A stretch of 64,000 bases of DNA from Microcoleus sp. GTDB taxonomy: Bacteria; Cyanobacteriota; Cyanobacteriia; Cyanobacteriales; Microcoleaceae. The stretch's first letter is position 1. Each line of letters opens with the position of its first letter. The stretch spans positions 6,016,001 to 6,080,000 of the forward strand of contig CP181291.1 of the NCBI GenBank assembly GCA_052279835.1, read 5' to 3'. Shown here piece after piece: positions 30,107 to 40,639 of this stretch. The translations under genes and the position numbers were made by a program. The notes below the pieces were generated by a model that saw only the letters and a program-made list of their open reading frames with translations, was not told the origin of the DNA and did not search any database.

Positions 30107-33100
30107 AATGCTAAAAAAATTGAACTAAAATTGCAAGCTTGGGGACAGCAGCTATATGATTTAGTATTTCGCAGCAGCGAGAAAGCGCGAGACTTTTTCC
30201 AGGAAGCGACGCGCGCCGGATTGGATAAGTGCGAAATTAGTATTGTTTCCGACAATCCTGCCGTACTCAATTTGCCCTGGGAATTGCTGTTTACCCCAGA
30301 TTATCAATTTCTCGCACCTTTGCTGGCGGGGATGTATCGCAGTCTTAGCGAGTATGCAGTTCGGGCAGAATTGGGAACAATGTCTGACGAACAATTAAAT
30401 ATTTTATTGGTGATTGCTCGACCCTATGGAGAGCGCGATATTAATTTTCAAACTATCGCCCGCCCGATTTTAGAGGCGCTCAAACCTATTAAAAAACAGG
30501 TGAATCTCACTGTATTGCGTCCGCCTAGTTTAAAGCAGTTTGAAGCAGAACTTAACGCGCGGAAAGGCTTTTATCATATCGTGCATTTTGACGGACATGG
30601 AGACTTTGAAGCTGACAGCAAAACTGTTCAAACTCAATATGGAAAATCGGGAGAAGGCGTTTTAGTCTTTGAAGATAATGACGGCAAACCGGAAATAGTT
30701 ACTGCTAGGGAAATTGCTCAATATTTGACAGATTGTCGCGTACCGATGTTTATTCTGAATGCTTGCAAGTCGGGACAAGCTGGGGAAGAAGCATTTTCTT
30801 CTGTGGCGGGACAGTTGGTGAAGTTGGGCGCGAAAGGCGTTGTGGCAATGGCTTATTCCGTCTATGCGACAGCGGCGAAACACTTTATGGGACGGCTGTA
30901 CGGCGAATTGGTGCGGGGAGAAGACATCGCCTCTGCGGTGGCTGCGGGGCGCAAATCTATGTCCATGGACAAGCAGCGCCCCAGTCCCAAAGGGCTGTTA
31001 CCGCTGCAAGATTGGATGGTGCCGGTGCTGTATCAGCAGGAACCTTGCAGGCCTTTTTGCCCGAAAACTGTTCCTGATGATTTGTGGGAAGATGACGAAG
31101 ATGATGCAGAGGCTTTGCTAGCGGTAGATTTGCCAGAAGTTAGCGCCTATGGTTTTATTGGTCGAGATTACGATATTTTGTCTCTAGAAAGAGCTTTTCG
31201 CAAAAATCATGTAGTGCTGTTGCAGGGGATGGACGGCGTTGGCAAAACTCAGTTGGCGGGAGGTTTTGCGCGGTGGTTGGGTGATACTCAGGGGCGAAAA
31301 GGTGGCGTTTTCTTCACTTCTTTTGAACGCGGTGCGGGATTGAGTCAAGTAGTCAATCAAATTGGCTGGGCAAAGTGGGGTGAAAAATTCGCTTCAGCTA
31401 CGGCAGAAAAACAGAAGGATAAGGTGCAAAAATATTTGCAAACTAATCCTTGTTTGCTGATTTGGGATAATTTTGAACCCGTGAATGGTTTTCCCCAGGG
31501 GAATCCGCCGCTTGTACCGGCTGCGGAAAGAGAGGAATTGAAGCGGTTTCTCAAACAGTTGCGCGGGGGACAATCTTGGGTGTTGATTACCAGTCGGCGC
31601 GAGGAAAGTTGGTTGGATTGCGGTTACGCGCTGCGGGGGTTAAAGGGATTGGTGCAGCCGGATGCGGAAGAGTTGGCGGCGCGGATTCTGCGGGAAGCGG
31701 GGGTTGACAGGGCGAAATTGCCTGGGGAATATCTGGAGTTGCTGAAACTGTTGGGCGGACATCCGCTGTCGCTGAGGGTGGTGTTGCGGCATTTGAAGGC
31801 GCAGACTCCGGTGCAGTTGATTGAGGCGCTGCGGCGGGGATTGGATACTTTCCAGGGGGCTCAGGAGGAAGGGAGAGAGAAATCTCTGGCGGTGTCGCTG
31901 GATTATTCGTTTGCTAATTTGTCGGCACGGGCACGGCTGCATTTGCCGTTTTTAGGGCTATTTTGCGATCGAGTTGGTGCTGATTTGCTTGATCTTTTTT
32001 CAGCAAATCTTGATGATGATTTTGGACAAGCATATCTGGCGGTGTTTGGAGAAAATTTGCAGAAATCGGATTGGATTGGACTATTGAATGAAGCGACTGT
32101 GGCAGGAATTTTGGAACATTTGGTGTCAGGTATTTACAAAATTCACCCGGCATTGCCTTGGTATCTGCGGCAACAGTTGGACAACAATAATTCGCAGGAG
32201 GTAATCAGTAATCTGGAAAAAAAGTTGCTGATTTTCTACGCAATGTTGGCGGATGATTACCGTCAGAAACTGATCGGGAATGCGGAACAGGCAAGCTTTG
32301 TGCTGCGAGTGGAAGAACCGAATTTATTACAACAGTTGCGAATGGCAGAACAGCAACAGGAATGGGCTGAAGCTCAAGCAATTCTTCAAGCTTTGGGAGA
32401 AGTGTATAAAAGGTGGGGACGCAAACCGGAATTTAAGTCGCTGCGACAACGGGCGCTGAATCAAATTGGCTTCCATTTGGCAGAGGCAAAGGCAAAGGGT
32501 AAAGATGCTTTTGAGTTCTGGATGCATCTGCGGGTAGAGGATGCGAATGAAGCTCTTCAAAGTGCTGACTTGGAAACAGCAAGAGCAGTTTATCAAGAAA
32601 TTATCGATGAACTCGTAGCTTTAAATGACTCCTCAGTCAATGACAATATTGCTACTTATTATCACAATCTAGGAGTAGTAGCCCAAGAGCAACGGCGGTT
32701 TGATGATGCGATCGCTTTTTACAACAAAGCTCTCCAAATTAGAGAAGATGCGGGGGATTTGTACATGGCTGCTGGCGACTATCACCAACTGGGAATAGTC
32801 GCCGAAGAGCAACGGCGCTTTGATGATGCGATCGCTTTTTACAACAAAGCTCTCAAAATTTATGAAGATGCGGGGGATTTGTACATGGCTGCTGGCGACT
32901 ATCACCAACTGGGAATAGTAGCCCAATTGCAATGGCGGTTTGATGATGCGATCGCTTTTTACAACAAAGCTCTCAAAATTTATGAAGATGCGGAGGATTT
33001 GTACAACGCTGCTGGCGACTATCACAATCTAGGAGTAGTAGCCCAATTGCAATGGCAGTTTGATGATGCGATCGCTTTTTACAACAAAGCTCTCAAAATT

Positions 33101-33523
33101 TATGAAGATGCGGGGGATTCTCACAAGGCTGCTAACCAGTATGAAGGATTGGGAAACATTGCCAAAGAGCAAGGAGATTTTGACACTGCTGTTGCGTATT
33201 TCCAAAAAGCATTTACAGCTCTAAGTGCAGCCAATGATTGGCGTCAAGCTTCCAAAATTCTAACTGCATGGGGCCGAACCTTAGAAGCCGAATCGAATTG
33301 GACGGAGGCGGTTAAAATTTACATTCAAGCGTTAGAAATTGACATTGAGCATAACTCAGAATGGGTTGGCTCGGATATCCATAATTTAGGGCGGATGCTG
33401 AAGCAGTTGGGAGACAGTCAGTTTCAGGGAATTTGGCGAGAGTTTACGGGTGATGAGTGTCCGGGAGAGTGGTTTTCAGCTATTCAGAAAGCCAGTGAAA
33501 CAGAGGAGGAGGGAGCAGATTAA
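30062..33523 (+). CDS. CHAT (caspase-like) protease - STAND/NB-ARC NTPase - TPR protein with a PIN-derived N-terminus
   Basis: CHAT dyad HFDGHG and NACKSG, Walker A GMDGVGKT, Walker B LLIWDNFE, LITSR, GGHPLSL (GxP motif), then 40-aa TPR-type repeats. Confidence 0.9.
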   Translation: MEEAQIQGYISASTFNAKKIELKLQAWGQQLYDLVFRSSEKARDFFQEATRAGLDKCEISIVSDNPAVLNLPWELLFTPDYQFLAPLLAGMYRSLSEYAVRAELGTMSDEQLNILLVIARPYGERDINFQTIARPILEALKPIKKQVNLTVLRPPSLKQFEAELNARKGFYHIVHFDGHGDFEADSKTVQTQYGKSGEGVLVFEDNDGKPEIVTAREIAQYLTDCRVPMFILNACKSGQAGEEAFSSVAGQLVKLGAKGVVAMAYSVYATAAKHFMGRLYGELVRGEDIASAVAAGRKSMSMDKQRPSPKGLLPLQDWMVPVLYQQEPCRPFCPKTVPDDLWEDDEDDAEALLAVDLPEVSAYGFIGRDYDILSLERAFRKNHVVLLQGMDGVGKTQLAGGFARWLGDTQGRKGGVFFTSFERGAGLSQVVNQIGWAKWGEKFASATAEKQKDKVQKYLQTNPCLLIWDNFEPVNGFPQGNPPLVPAAEREELKRFLKQLRGGQSWVLITSRREESWLDCGYALRGLKGLVQPDAEELAARILREAGVDRAKLPGEYLELLKLLGGHPLSLRVVLRHLKAQTPVQLIEALRRGLDTFQGAQEEGREKSLAVSLDYSFANLSARARLHLPFLGLFCDRVGADLLDLFSANLDDDFGQAYLAVFGENLQKSDWIGLLNEATVAGILEHLVSGIYKIHPALPWYLRQQLDNNNSQEVISNLEKKLLIFYAMLADDYRQKLIGNAEQASFVLRVEEPNLLQQLRMAEQQQEWAEAQAILQALGEVYKRWGRKPEFKSLRQRALNQIGFHLAEAKAKGKDAFEFWMHLRVEDANEALQSADLETARAVYQEIIDELVALNDSSVNDNIATYYHNLGVVAQEQRRFDDAIAFYNKALQIREDAGDLYMAAGDYHQLGIVAEEQRRFDDAIAFYNKALKIYEDAGDLYMAAGDYHQLGIVAQLQWRFDDAIAFYNKALKIYEDAEDLYNAAGDYHNLGVVAQLQWQFDDAIAFYNKALKIYEDAGDSHKAANQYEGLGNIAKEQGDFDTAVAYFQKAFTALSAANDWRQASKILTAWGRTLEAESNWTEAVKIYIQALEIDIEHNSEWVGSDIHNLGRMLKQLGDSQFQGIWREFTGDECPGEWFSAIQKASETEEEGAD
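32650..33130 (+). repeat. Four near-identical 120-bp TPR-coding tandem repeats
   Basis: TTTGATGATGCGATCGCTTTTTACAACAAAGCTCTC recurs exactly every 120 bp, with HIP1 at 32708, 32828, 32948 and 33068. Confidence 0.93.
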
Positions 33524-33529
33524 TTGTGA

Positions 33530-33840
33530 CAGGATTTACGCACGGGGGTTCAGAAACCGGGTTTTTACGAAAATACTCGTTGCGACGCGCAGATTCTGGA
33601 AAAAACCCGGTTTCTTTCGTCGGATGGCGTAGGCCACGGAGGACACGACAGTGCCGTTTCCCTACCCCGAAATCGTCGTTCTTCTTCGTAAATTAATTCG
33701 GACATAGCAATGCCGTTTCCCTACCCAGAGACTGTTGGCAAGACTATTAAATCTAGATCCCCCCTAGCCCCCCTTCTTAAGGGGGGGACAAGATTCTGTT
33801 CAAAGTCCCCCTTCTTAAGGGGGATTTAGGGGGATCTGGA
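33530..33840. repeat. Cluster of dispersed repeats: a CAGGA(T/C)TTACGC-ended MITE, two REP-like TGCCGTTTCCCTAC units and a C/G-run double hairpin
   Basis: GAAACCGGGTTT...AAACCCGGTTTC inverted repeat shared with 36005-36114. The hairpin is shared with 3508-3617 and 63210-63243. Confidence 0.7.
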
Positions 33841-33938
33841 CTCAGGAAAAAGCGAAATTTCTCATACCACCAGATTTAATATTACTGGTATAATCATTAC
33901 CATCAAAATTATTTAACTAACCTACCGCAATTAACAAT

Positions 33939-34373
33939 ATGGAACCGATACTAACTTCCGCTGAAATGAATGAAAAGCGGCTGCTGTTGCAAGATTACGC
34001 TCCCGCCCAAGCAGCCTTTGCCATCTTGGAAAAACACAACGGCAGACTTGACATGAGTTTTGATGAATTGTGGGGTGAAAACAACAATCTTGAATCCTTT
34101 GCACAGCCAAAAAGTGGCAAATCCCTATGGCAAGTCACGCTGAAAACTCTCCGCGCTGAACTCTGCGGCAATGATGGTTTGCGGGCACAATTTAAAGACT
34201 ATACTAAAAATCCTGGGAGTACGCCTTTGCTGACGGGATTAATAGTTGCCGTTGTCGGCTTGGGCGCTTCTTCGGGAATTCCGATCGATCCTAGTATTGC
34301 TACTATTATTGTTCTGTATCTGCTCAAAATTAGTCTCAATATTTTTTGCGAATATACTGAACCGGTGAGTTAG
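33939..34373 (+). CDS. Hypothetical protein with two C-terminal hydrophobic segments
   Basis: 144-aa ORF with hydrophobic stretches LLTGLIVAVVGLGA and IATIIVLYLLKISLNIF. Confidence 0.8.
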   Translation: MEPILTSAEMNEKRLLLQDYAPAQAAFAILEKHNGRLDMSFDELWGENNNLESFAQPKSGKSLWQVTLKTLRAELCGNDGLRAQFKDYTKNPGSTPLLTGLIVAVVGLGASSGIPIDPSIATIIVLYLLKISLNIFCEYTEPVS

Positions 34374-34510
34374 AATTTAGGCACGATTATATCGTGGATG
34401 ATTCGGCGATTGAAATTAGGGCAACCACGGGGGGATTGCCCCTACTACACAAACTTTCGTCCGCCTCCGCGGACTAAGAATGACACATACTTATGTATTT
34501 TTCCACTCAT

Positions 34511-35959
34511 CTACTTACAATTATCGCAGTGTCCGCAACGCATTGATTTAGCTTCCTTTGCAAAACCAAAAGCTTGCAATAAGAATTGCCATCTACACTG
34601 TCGATGTTTCAGGTAGTTTGCCATTTCCTCAGCCGCGGTAAAATTTGATTGGTCGCCTTTTTGCTGTGCCGATTTATTGATGACATAATTAAAAGGATTT
34701 TCCCATTTTAATTGGCCGCTGCTGTGCAGAATTGCAAGGGCGATCGCACTTTCGGGAAATTCGCGCGAAATTGCATCTACATTACCTTGAAGGGGCAGGT
34801 TTTTAGCTAACTGCTGTGCTTCTCGATATTGCGATCGCAATTTATCCTCAAAAAACTCCTTTCTTTGTTTATCTTCGGGGTATAACCAGCCCGTCGGTTC
34901 GCTAATTAACGTCAGGGCGATCGCCGATTTGCCGTCCCGTCCGCCTCTACCAATTTCTTGAATGTATTCTGATAATAGCAAAGGTGCTTGAAAATGTACA
35001 ACCCACCGGACATCTGGCTTGTTAATTCCCATCCCAAATGCGGAGGTACACACCACAAACATCAAGCCTCCATTCAGCCAAGCTGTTTCTATTTTTCGCC
35101 GTTCTTCTGCACTTAAACCTGCATGATAGGCGGCGGTTTCATAGCCTTGTTCTTCCAGCAAATCTGCTAATTTTTCGCTATCTTTTCTAGTGCGAACATA
35201 CACTAAACCTGCTTCTTTTGGTCGATTTTTAATAAAATTTAATAACTGCTGTTTGCGTCCCCTTGGTGTCCAGACTGTTTGCACTTGCAGATGTAAGTTA
35301 GAACGATAGGGATTTAGCAGAAATGCTTCCGGCTTTTGTAGTTGCAAGACATTTTTGATGATTTTTTGTGCTGCTGGGTTGGCGGTAGCGGTGAAAGCGG
35401 CGATCGCAATTTTAGTACCTTGTGGTTTAGTTTCCAATAAGGCCGAGCGCACAGTACCCAAACGCCGATAAGCTGGTCGAAATGTATCGCCCCATTGGAC
35501 TAAACAGTGAGCTTCATCTAATATTAAACCATTGATTTGTATTTGTGGCTGACTGATGATTTCCCAGACAGATTTGCTGAGCAAGGTTTCGGGAGATAGG
35601 TACAGCAATCTCCACTTATTTTGTTGCAGAGATTGCATAGTTTGTCGCTGCTGCTGTCTTGGCAATTGACTGTGGAGGAGGGCGGCGGGGAGATGGCGAT
35701 CGCGCAATTCTTGCACTTGATTTTCCATCAGGGCTACCAGCGGCGAAACTACGAGAGTTAAGCCTGTTTGTAACAAAGCTGGCAGTTGAAAACAGATAGA
35801 TTTTCCGCCACCTGTCGGCATAATTATTAGTGTATCTTTTCCGGCTAATAAACTGGTGACAATTTCTGCTTGGGGTGGTCGAAAATCTGCATAGCCCCAA
35901 AATTTTTGGAAAGCAGCGCGGGCTTGATTTAATAATGTTAATTCTGGATTAACTTTCAT
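34511..35959 (-). CDS. recQ: RecQ-family ATP-dependent DNA helicase
   Basis: MPTGGGKSICFQLP, LDEAHC, TATA, AFGMGINKPDVR, QEIGRGGRDG and the Zn-binding CRW...CGHCDNC. Confidence 0.95.
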   Translation of the reverse strand: MKVNPELTLLNQARAAFQKFWGYADFRPPQAEIVTSLLAGKDTLIIMPTGGGKSICFQLPALLQTGLTLVVSPLVALMENQVQELRDRHLPAALLHSQLPRQQQRQTMQSLQQNKWRLLYLSPETLLSKSVWEIISQPQIQINGLILDEAHCLVQWGDTFRPAYRRLGTVRSALLETKPQGTKIAIAAFTATANPAAQKIIKNVLQLQKPEAFLLNPYRSNLHLQVQTVWTPRGRKQQLLNFIKNRPKEAGLVYVRTRKDSEKLADLLEEQGYETAAYHAGLSAEERRKIETAWLNGGLMFVVCTSAFGMGINKPDVRWVVHFQAPLLLSEYIQEIGRGGRDGKSAIALTLISEPTGWLYPEDKQRKEFFEDKLRSQYREAQQLAKNLPLQGNVDAISREFPESAIALAILHSSGQLKWENPFNYVINKSAQQKGDQSNFTAAEEMANYLKHRQCRWQFLLQAFGFAKEAKSMRCGHCDNCK

Positions 35960-36004
35960 GCACTTTATTGGCAACGGATCATGCGATATTTTTGAGCGAT
36001 CGTA

Positions 36005-36114
36005 CAGGAATTACGCGCTTCGACAAAAGAAACCGGGTTTGTTAGCTAGTCGGCCGGTGACAACGAAATATTGTCGCAAAAACCCGGTTTCTCACAACCC
36101 GCGCGTAAGTCTTG
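36005..36114. mobile_element. MITE with TIRs CAGGAATTACGCGC / GCGCGTAAGTCTTG
   Basis: Terminal inverted repeats match 12/14; an internal GAAACCGGGTTT inverted repeat is also present. Confidence 0.65.
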
Positions 36115-36139
36115 TGCAAAATCCAAAATCTAAAATTTC

Positions 36140-36523
36140 CTAAGACTCTTCACCGTCTCGGCGTCCGAGTTCGTAAACTGCGCCTCCAATACAGGCGATC
36201 GTACCCATAGATACGGCCCAACCTGTACCCAGAGACAATTCTACGCCCCAATTGCAAAATCCTCCCACAATTAAAAAAGGCACAATACTCAACAGCGAAG
36301 CGTAAAAGGCATTTTGAGCTTCTCGACTTTGGCGAGTCTTCTCAAACTCCGCTTCGGAAGTATAAAGGGATCTTTCGGCAAAATTCATCCAGCGGTTGAG
36401 TTGCAGAATCACCCATGCTGTCAGGGGTGATAGACCCCAATACAGGGCCAAAGACCATAAAGACGCACCGGCGATCGCAGTTGCGTCTATGGCAAAACTA
36501 AAGGGAAAAATTTCAGTAAGCAT
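36140..36523 (-). CDS. Conserved cyanobacterial membrane protein
   Basis: Three hydrophobic segments; AERSLY...REAQNAFYAS...YELGRRDG. Confidence 0.8.
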   Translation of the reverse strand: MLTEIFPFSFAIDATAIAGASLWSLALYWGLSPLTAWVILQLNRWMNFAERSLYTSEAEFEKTRQSREAQNAFYASLLSIVPFLIVGGFCNWGVELSLGTGWAVSMGTIACIGGAVYELGRRDGEES

Positions 36524-36804
36524 TGCTGGGTGTCAACTGTAAATATGAGATTTTAGAGTTCATCCAAAATCCCCGGACAAGTATAGTGTCAAACAAAGAG
36601 TCGATCGAATTCAACGGTAGCAGGAATTATGCAGCAAAATTATGGTTGCGCCACCCCCGACATTTAGCCGGAAGCCTTGACACTGGTTCTGCATGAAGTA
36701 AGATACACGTTGATAAACTGATTCGCCCAGCGGGTAGAGCTCACACGCTATCTGGCAGCGAATTGACAACATAGACACTTGCCCATAAATTCTTACTTTG
36801 AGCC

Positions 36805-37422
36805 GTGAAAAAAATCCTGCAAGACTCTAGAGGCCCGCTGACAGTAAAACGCTTTTTTCGTCTCCGACAGATGCTGCTGCTGGTACTTTCGATCGGCATT
36901 GTTTCGATCAGCCCTTATTTACAGCAGCAGTTGGTCAAAGCTCAGTCAGCTTTACCCAGCAAAGTAGCCACGGGTAATTTGTGGCAAGAAGCTTCTTTTC
37001 CGGTGGAGAAATTTCAAGACTACACTTCTCCCTTCGGTCCTCGCGGGGGCGATTTTCATTACGGTTTGGACATGGCAGCCCCCGAAGGCAGTTATATTCG
37101 CAATTGGTGGGGTGGTCAAATTGCGGAAGTTTGGGAAGACGGTAGGTGTGGTACTGGTATTGTGGTGCGATCGGGCAATTGGGAACATATCTATTGTCAC
37201 CTCAGAGGCAGAGTAGAAACTGCTAACGGCGGACGTTATTATACCGATCGCGAAGGCTTACAAATTTGGCAAGGTCAAACAGTGCCAGCCGGTGCGAGAA
37301 TTGCGAGAGTTGGCATGACTGGCCGCACGTCTGGCCCTCACCTGCACTGGGGATTGAAGTACGGTGGCCGCTGGGTAGATCCGGCTTTGGTACTGCGGGA
37401 AATGTATGCACAACAGTCTTAA
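36805..37422 (+). CDS. M23-family metallopeptidase
   Basis: HYGLD, YCHL and GMTGRTSGPHLHW motifs; N-terminal signal or TM segment. Confidence 0.92.
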   Translation: MKKILQDSRGPLTVKRFFRLRQMLLLVLSIGIVSISPYLQQQLVKAQSALPSKVATGNLWQEASFPVEKFQDYTSPFGPRGGDFHYGLDMAAPEGSYIRNWWGGQIAEVWEDGRCGTGIVVRSGNWEHIYCHLRGRVETANGGRYYTDREGLQIWQGQTVPAGARIARVGMTGRTSGPHLHWGLKYGGRWVDPALVLREMYAQQS

Positions 37423-37552
37423 TTAGTTATTAGTTATTAGTCATTAGTCATTGGTCATTGGTCATTAGTCATTAGTCATTGGAACCAACAAATAACAAAT
37501 AACAAATAACAAATAACAAATAACTGACTAATGACCAATGACCAATGACTCT

Positions 37553-39490
37553 TTATCTCGGTGCCAATTGTTTTTTCGGTGACTGGGTGTATTTATTCAC
37601 AATTTGGCGGAATTCATCGCCGTCAATGGTTTCTAAATCCAACAGTTTTTCCACAAGTTTGTCTACCAAAGGACGGTTTTCGCTGATAATCCGGCGGGCT
37701 TCTGCGTAGCAGTGAAAAGCAATCGTCCGAATTTGTTGATCGATTTTGTCTGCCATTTCTTCAGAATACTGCGATCGCGAACTCCACTCTCCGCCCAAAA
37801 ATACCTGATTGCTGGGACTTTCCAAGGCCACAGGCCCCAAATCAGACATTCCATAAAGCGTTACCATCTCTCTGGCGAGATTGCTAACTTTTCGGATATC
37901 GCTACCGGCACCGGTGTCGATTTCGTCGTCGCCGTAGATTTCGGCTTCCGCGGCCCGTCCCCCCAAAGCTACTGTAATCCGGTTTAACAGCAGCGATCGA
38001 CTCCTCAAACCTTCACTATCGACCATTTCATCATCTAGGGTAAAGCTAGTAAAGCCTTCAATGCCACCGGAACGGGGAATGATTGTCACCTTTTCTACCG
38101 GGTCAGCATTTTTGAGCATGGTGGCTACTAGGGCGTGTCCGACTTCGTGGTATGCTGTCATCCACTTTTTCTTGCTGTCGAGTAGGGGATTGAGAGTCAG
38201 ACCGATCGTAATTCGGTCGATCGCGTCGTTAATTTCTAAATTAGCGATCGTATCTTTGCGCCGTCTGGCTGTGAGAATTGCCGCTTCGTTGAGCAAATTA
38301 GCTAAGTCGGCGCCAGAAAAGCCGGGAGTACGACGGGCGATCGTTTCTAGCGTCACTTCTGGGTCAAGTTTTTTGTTGCGGGCGTGAACTTGCAAAATCC
38401 CCAAACGCCCTTTGTAGCTTGGTAAATCTACCGTTACTTGGCGGTCGAACCTACCTGGCCGCAACAAGGCAGTATCGAGGACATCCGGGCGGTTGGTAGC
38501 GGCAATGATAATTACGCCGCTGTTACCCTCAAAGCCGTCCATTTCTGTCAGCAACTGATTGAGAGTTTGTTCCCGTTCGTCGTTGCCGCCACCTATGCCC
38601 GCCCCCCGTTGCCTGCCTACGGCATCTATTTCGTCGATGAAGACGATGCAAGGGGAATTTTCTTTAGCTTTGCGGAACAAGTCGCGGACGCGGGAGGCGC
38701 CGACACCCACGAACATTTCGACAAATTCGGAACCGGAAATCGAAAAGAAGGGCACCCCTGCTTCCCCGGCGATGGCTTTTGCCAACATGGTTTTACCTGT
38801 TCCGGGAGGTCCGATTAACAAAACTCCTCTGGGAATTTTGGCACCGATGGCGTTGAATCGTTCGGGTTTTTTGAGGAATGTGACGACTTCTTGAAGTTCT
38901 TCCTTGGCTTCTTCGATGCCTGCTACGTCGTCGAACATCACGCCGGTTTTGGCTTCCATTTGGAAACGGGCTCTGGATTTGCCGAAATTCATGGCATTTC
39001 CTTGGGATTGGGTCGATCGACGCAGGATTGCCATCAGCACTGCTAGCACTGCGAAAATTACTAGCAAGTTTATGACTAAACTGACGGCGGCAGTGTTATC
39101 TGCGGTTTGTTTGACTTCAAAGTCGATTTTTTTGGCGCGGATTTGCGAGTAAAGTTCCCGGTTGTTGTAGTCGAACAGGGTAACAACTTGGGCTGTATCT
39201 GTTGGTTTTTGGTCTTTTAGTTTAACTTTGGCTGTTCTTTGGATTTCATCTATTTCGATTTTGCTGACTTGTCCTTTGTCTATGCTATCGATCAGTTTGC
39301 TGTAACTCATGGTGTTTGGCGTGGTATCGGCAAACACCGGTGTCGAGAGCAATATTCCTTGAGAAAGCACCAAACTGCCCAGGATGCGCCAAAGATGCCG
39401 TCCAGGAATTGATGTTTTAGGACTCTGCCTCGACTTGTCTTGTTTGGCGGCTAGATGCCCCAGCCATGCGTGTTTCCAAGAATTTTTCAT
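37553..39490 (-). CDS. ftsH: ATP-dependent zinc metalloprotease FtsH
   Basis: Two TM segments, [19 protein letters not shown], second region of homology, HEVGH Zn motif. The start could extend to 39520. Confidence 0.97.
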   Translation of the reverse strand: MKNSWKHAWLGHLAAKQDKSRQSPKTSIPGRHLWRILGSLVLSQGILLSTPVFADTTPNTMSYSKLIDSIDKGQVSKIEIDEIQRTAKVKLKDQKPTDTAQVVTLFDYNNRELYSQIRAKKIDFEVKQTADNTAAVSLVINLLVIFAVLAVLMAILRRSTQSQGNAMNFGKSRARFQMEAKTGVMFDDVAGIEEAKEELQEVVTFLKKPERFNAIGAKIPRGVLLIGPPGTGKTMLAKAIAGEAGVPFFSISGSEFVEMFVGVGASRVRDLFRKAKENSPCIVFIDEIDAVGRQRGAGIGGGNDEREQTLNQLLTEMDGFEGNSGVIIIAATNRPDVLDTALLRPGRFDRQVTVDLPSYKGRLGILQVHARNKKLDPEVTLETIARRTPGFSGADLANLLNEAAILTARRRKDTIANLEINDAIDRITIGLTLNPLLDSKKKWMTAYHEVGHALVATMLKNADPVEKVTIIPRSGGIEGFTSFTLDDEMVDSEGLRSRSLLLNRITVALGGRAAEAEIYGDDEIDTGAGSDIRKVSNLAREMVTLYGMSDLGPVALESPSNQVFLGGEWSSRSQYSEEMADKIDQQIRTIAFHCYAEARRIISENRPLVDKLVEKLLDLETIDGDEFRQIVNKYTQSPKKQLAPR

Positions 39491-39692
39491 ATTGCTTTGC
39501 CCAAAGTTGAAGACTACCAAGGTTGAAGACTGCCAAGATTGGCTGCTCTTCGTTTGCTGCGTTTATCTATTTTAACAAGAGGGCGGGGTCCCCATCACTG
39601 GTTGTGCAACCTTCTGTTGACAATCAAGCATCCAGCTTGTTAAATTAATCATACTCATAATGAGTACGTTTTATTTAGCTCTTAACCTAATT

Positions 39693-40238
39693 ATGGTAAA
39701 AATAGTTGGAATTGGCGGAAGTTTGCGGGCTGGTTCTTACAGCCAGATGGCGCTGGATATAGCAGCCCAGCGGGCGCGGGCCCTGGGCGCAGAGGTGGAA
39801 GTGTGGGATTTGCGATCGCTCAATCTGCCTTTTTGTACTGGAGAGAATGATTATCACAACTACCCAGATGTGGCAAAAATACAGAATTCGGTTAAGGCGG
39901 CCGACGGTTTAATTTTGGCAACACCGGAGTACCATGGCAGCCTCAGCGGTGTATTGAAGAATGCCCTGGATTTAATGAGTTTTGAGCATTTAGATGGAAA
40001 AGTGGTGGGTTCGATCGCCGTTTTGGGAGGGCAAGTTAACAGCAATGCGCTGAATGATTTGCGGGTGATTTTGAGATGGGTGCACGCTTGGGTGATTCCT
40101 GAACAAATTGCGATCGGACAAGCTTGGAAGGCTTTTAGTCCAGAGGGTAAATTGTTGGATGAAAAGTTGGATGAAAGGTTCGACCAATTTGCTCGCAGCT
40201 TAGTAGAAAATACCCAGAAATTGCGCGGAATTCAGTAG
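39693..40238 (+). CDS. NADPH-dependent FMN reductase
   Basis: GGSLRAGSYS and ATPEYHGSLSGVLKNALD. Confidence 0.93.
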   Translation: MVKIVGIGGSLRAGSYSQMALDIAAQRARALGAEVEVWDLRSLNLPFCTGENDYHNYPDVAKIQNSVKAADGLILATPEYHGSLSGVLKNALDLMSFEHLDGKVVGSIAVLGGQVNSNALNDLRVILRWVHAWVIPEQIAIGQAWKAFSPEGKLLDEKLDERFDQFARSLVENTQKLRGIQ

Positions 40239-40276
40239 TAAAATGCTGGCTTTTGTCAGTGATTAATTGTTATGAG

Positions 40277-40507
40277 TTAAAATGGCATATCGATCGCCTC
40301 TCCGAAGGGATAGGGTTCATCCATCACCATCCTGCCGGGTTTTGACTCATATTTGTCAATCCACTTTTTGGCTAATTCCAAAGCTTCCTCCTCAGTTTTG
40401 GCATTTTGGACAGCGACGTGGCGGTTGCCACGGCTATCCCAAACCTCGACGTAGAATACTTTCTGAGACTGAATAATCCAACCTTTATAAGTGTCTGCTG
40501 GTTCCAT
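40277..40507 (-). CDS. Small hypothetical protein
   Basis: MEPADTYKGWII...TEEEALELAKKWID; plausible composition. Confidence 0.6.
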   Translation of the reverse strand: MEPADTYKGWIIQSQKVFYVEVWDSRGNRHVAVQNAKTEEEALELAKKWIDKYESKPGRMVMDEPYPFGEAIDMPF

Positions 40508-40639
40508 AGTGACGATCCTAAAACAATCGGGTAGGGCGTTCAATTGCTGAGCTAATTCTCAATATTGCCATCGATAAAATGACTTTTCAGGGGGTTTGTA
40601 TAGTATTTTTGGAAAAAAGGCACTTTTACCCTGAACCTC

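Noticed and set aside
32650..33130. Diversity-generating retroelement target
   Set aside because: Differences between repeats are not adenine-specific, and no reverse transcriptase or template repeat is in the window.
36715..36765. Hairpin upstream of the M23 peptidase as a riboswitch
   Set aside because: An imperfect stem exists, but I could not match a c-di-AMP, c-di-GMP or other aptamer consensus by eye; an Rfam scan is needed.
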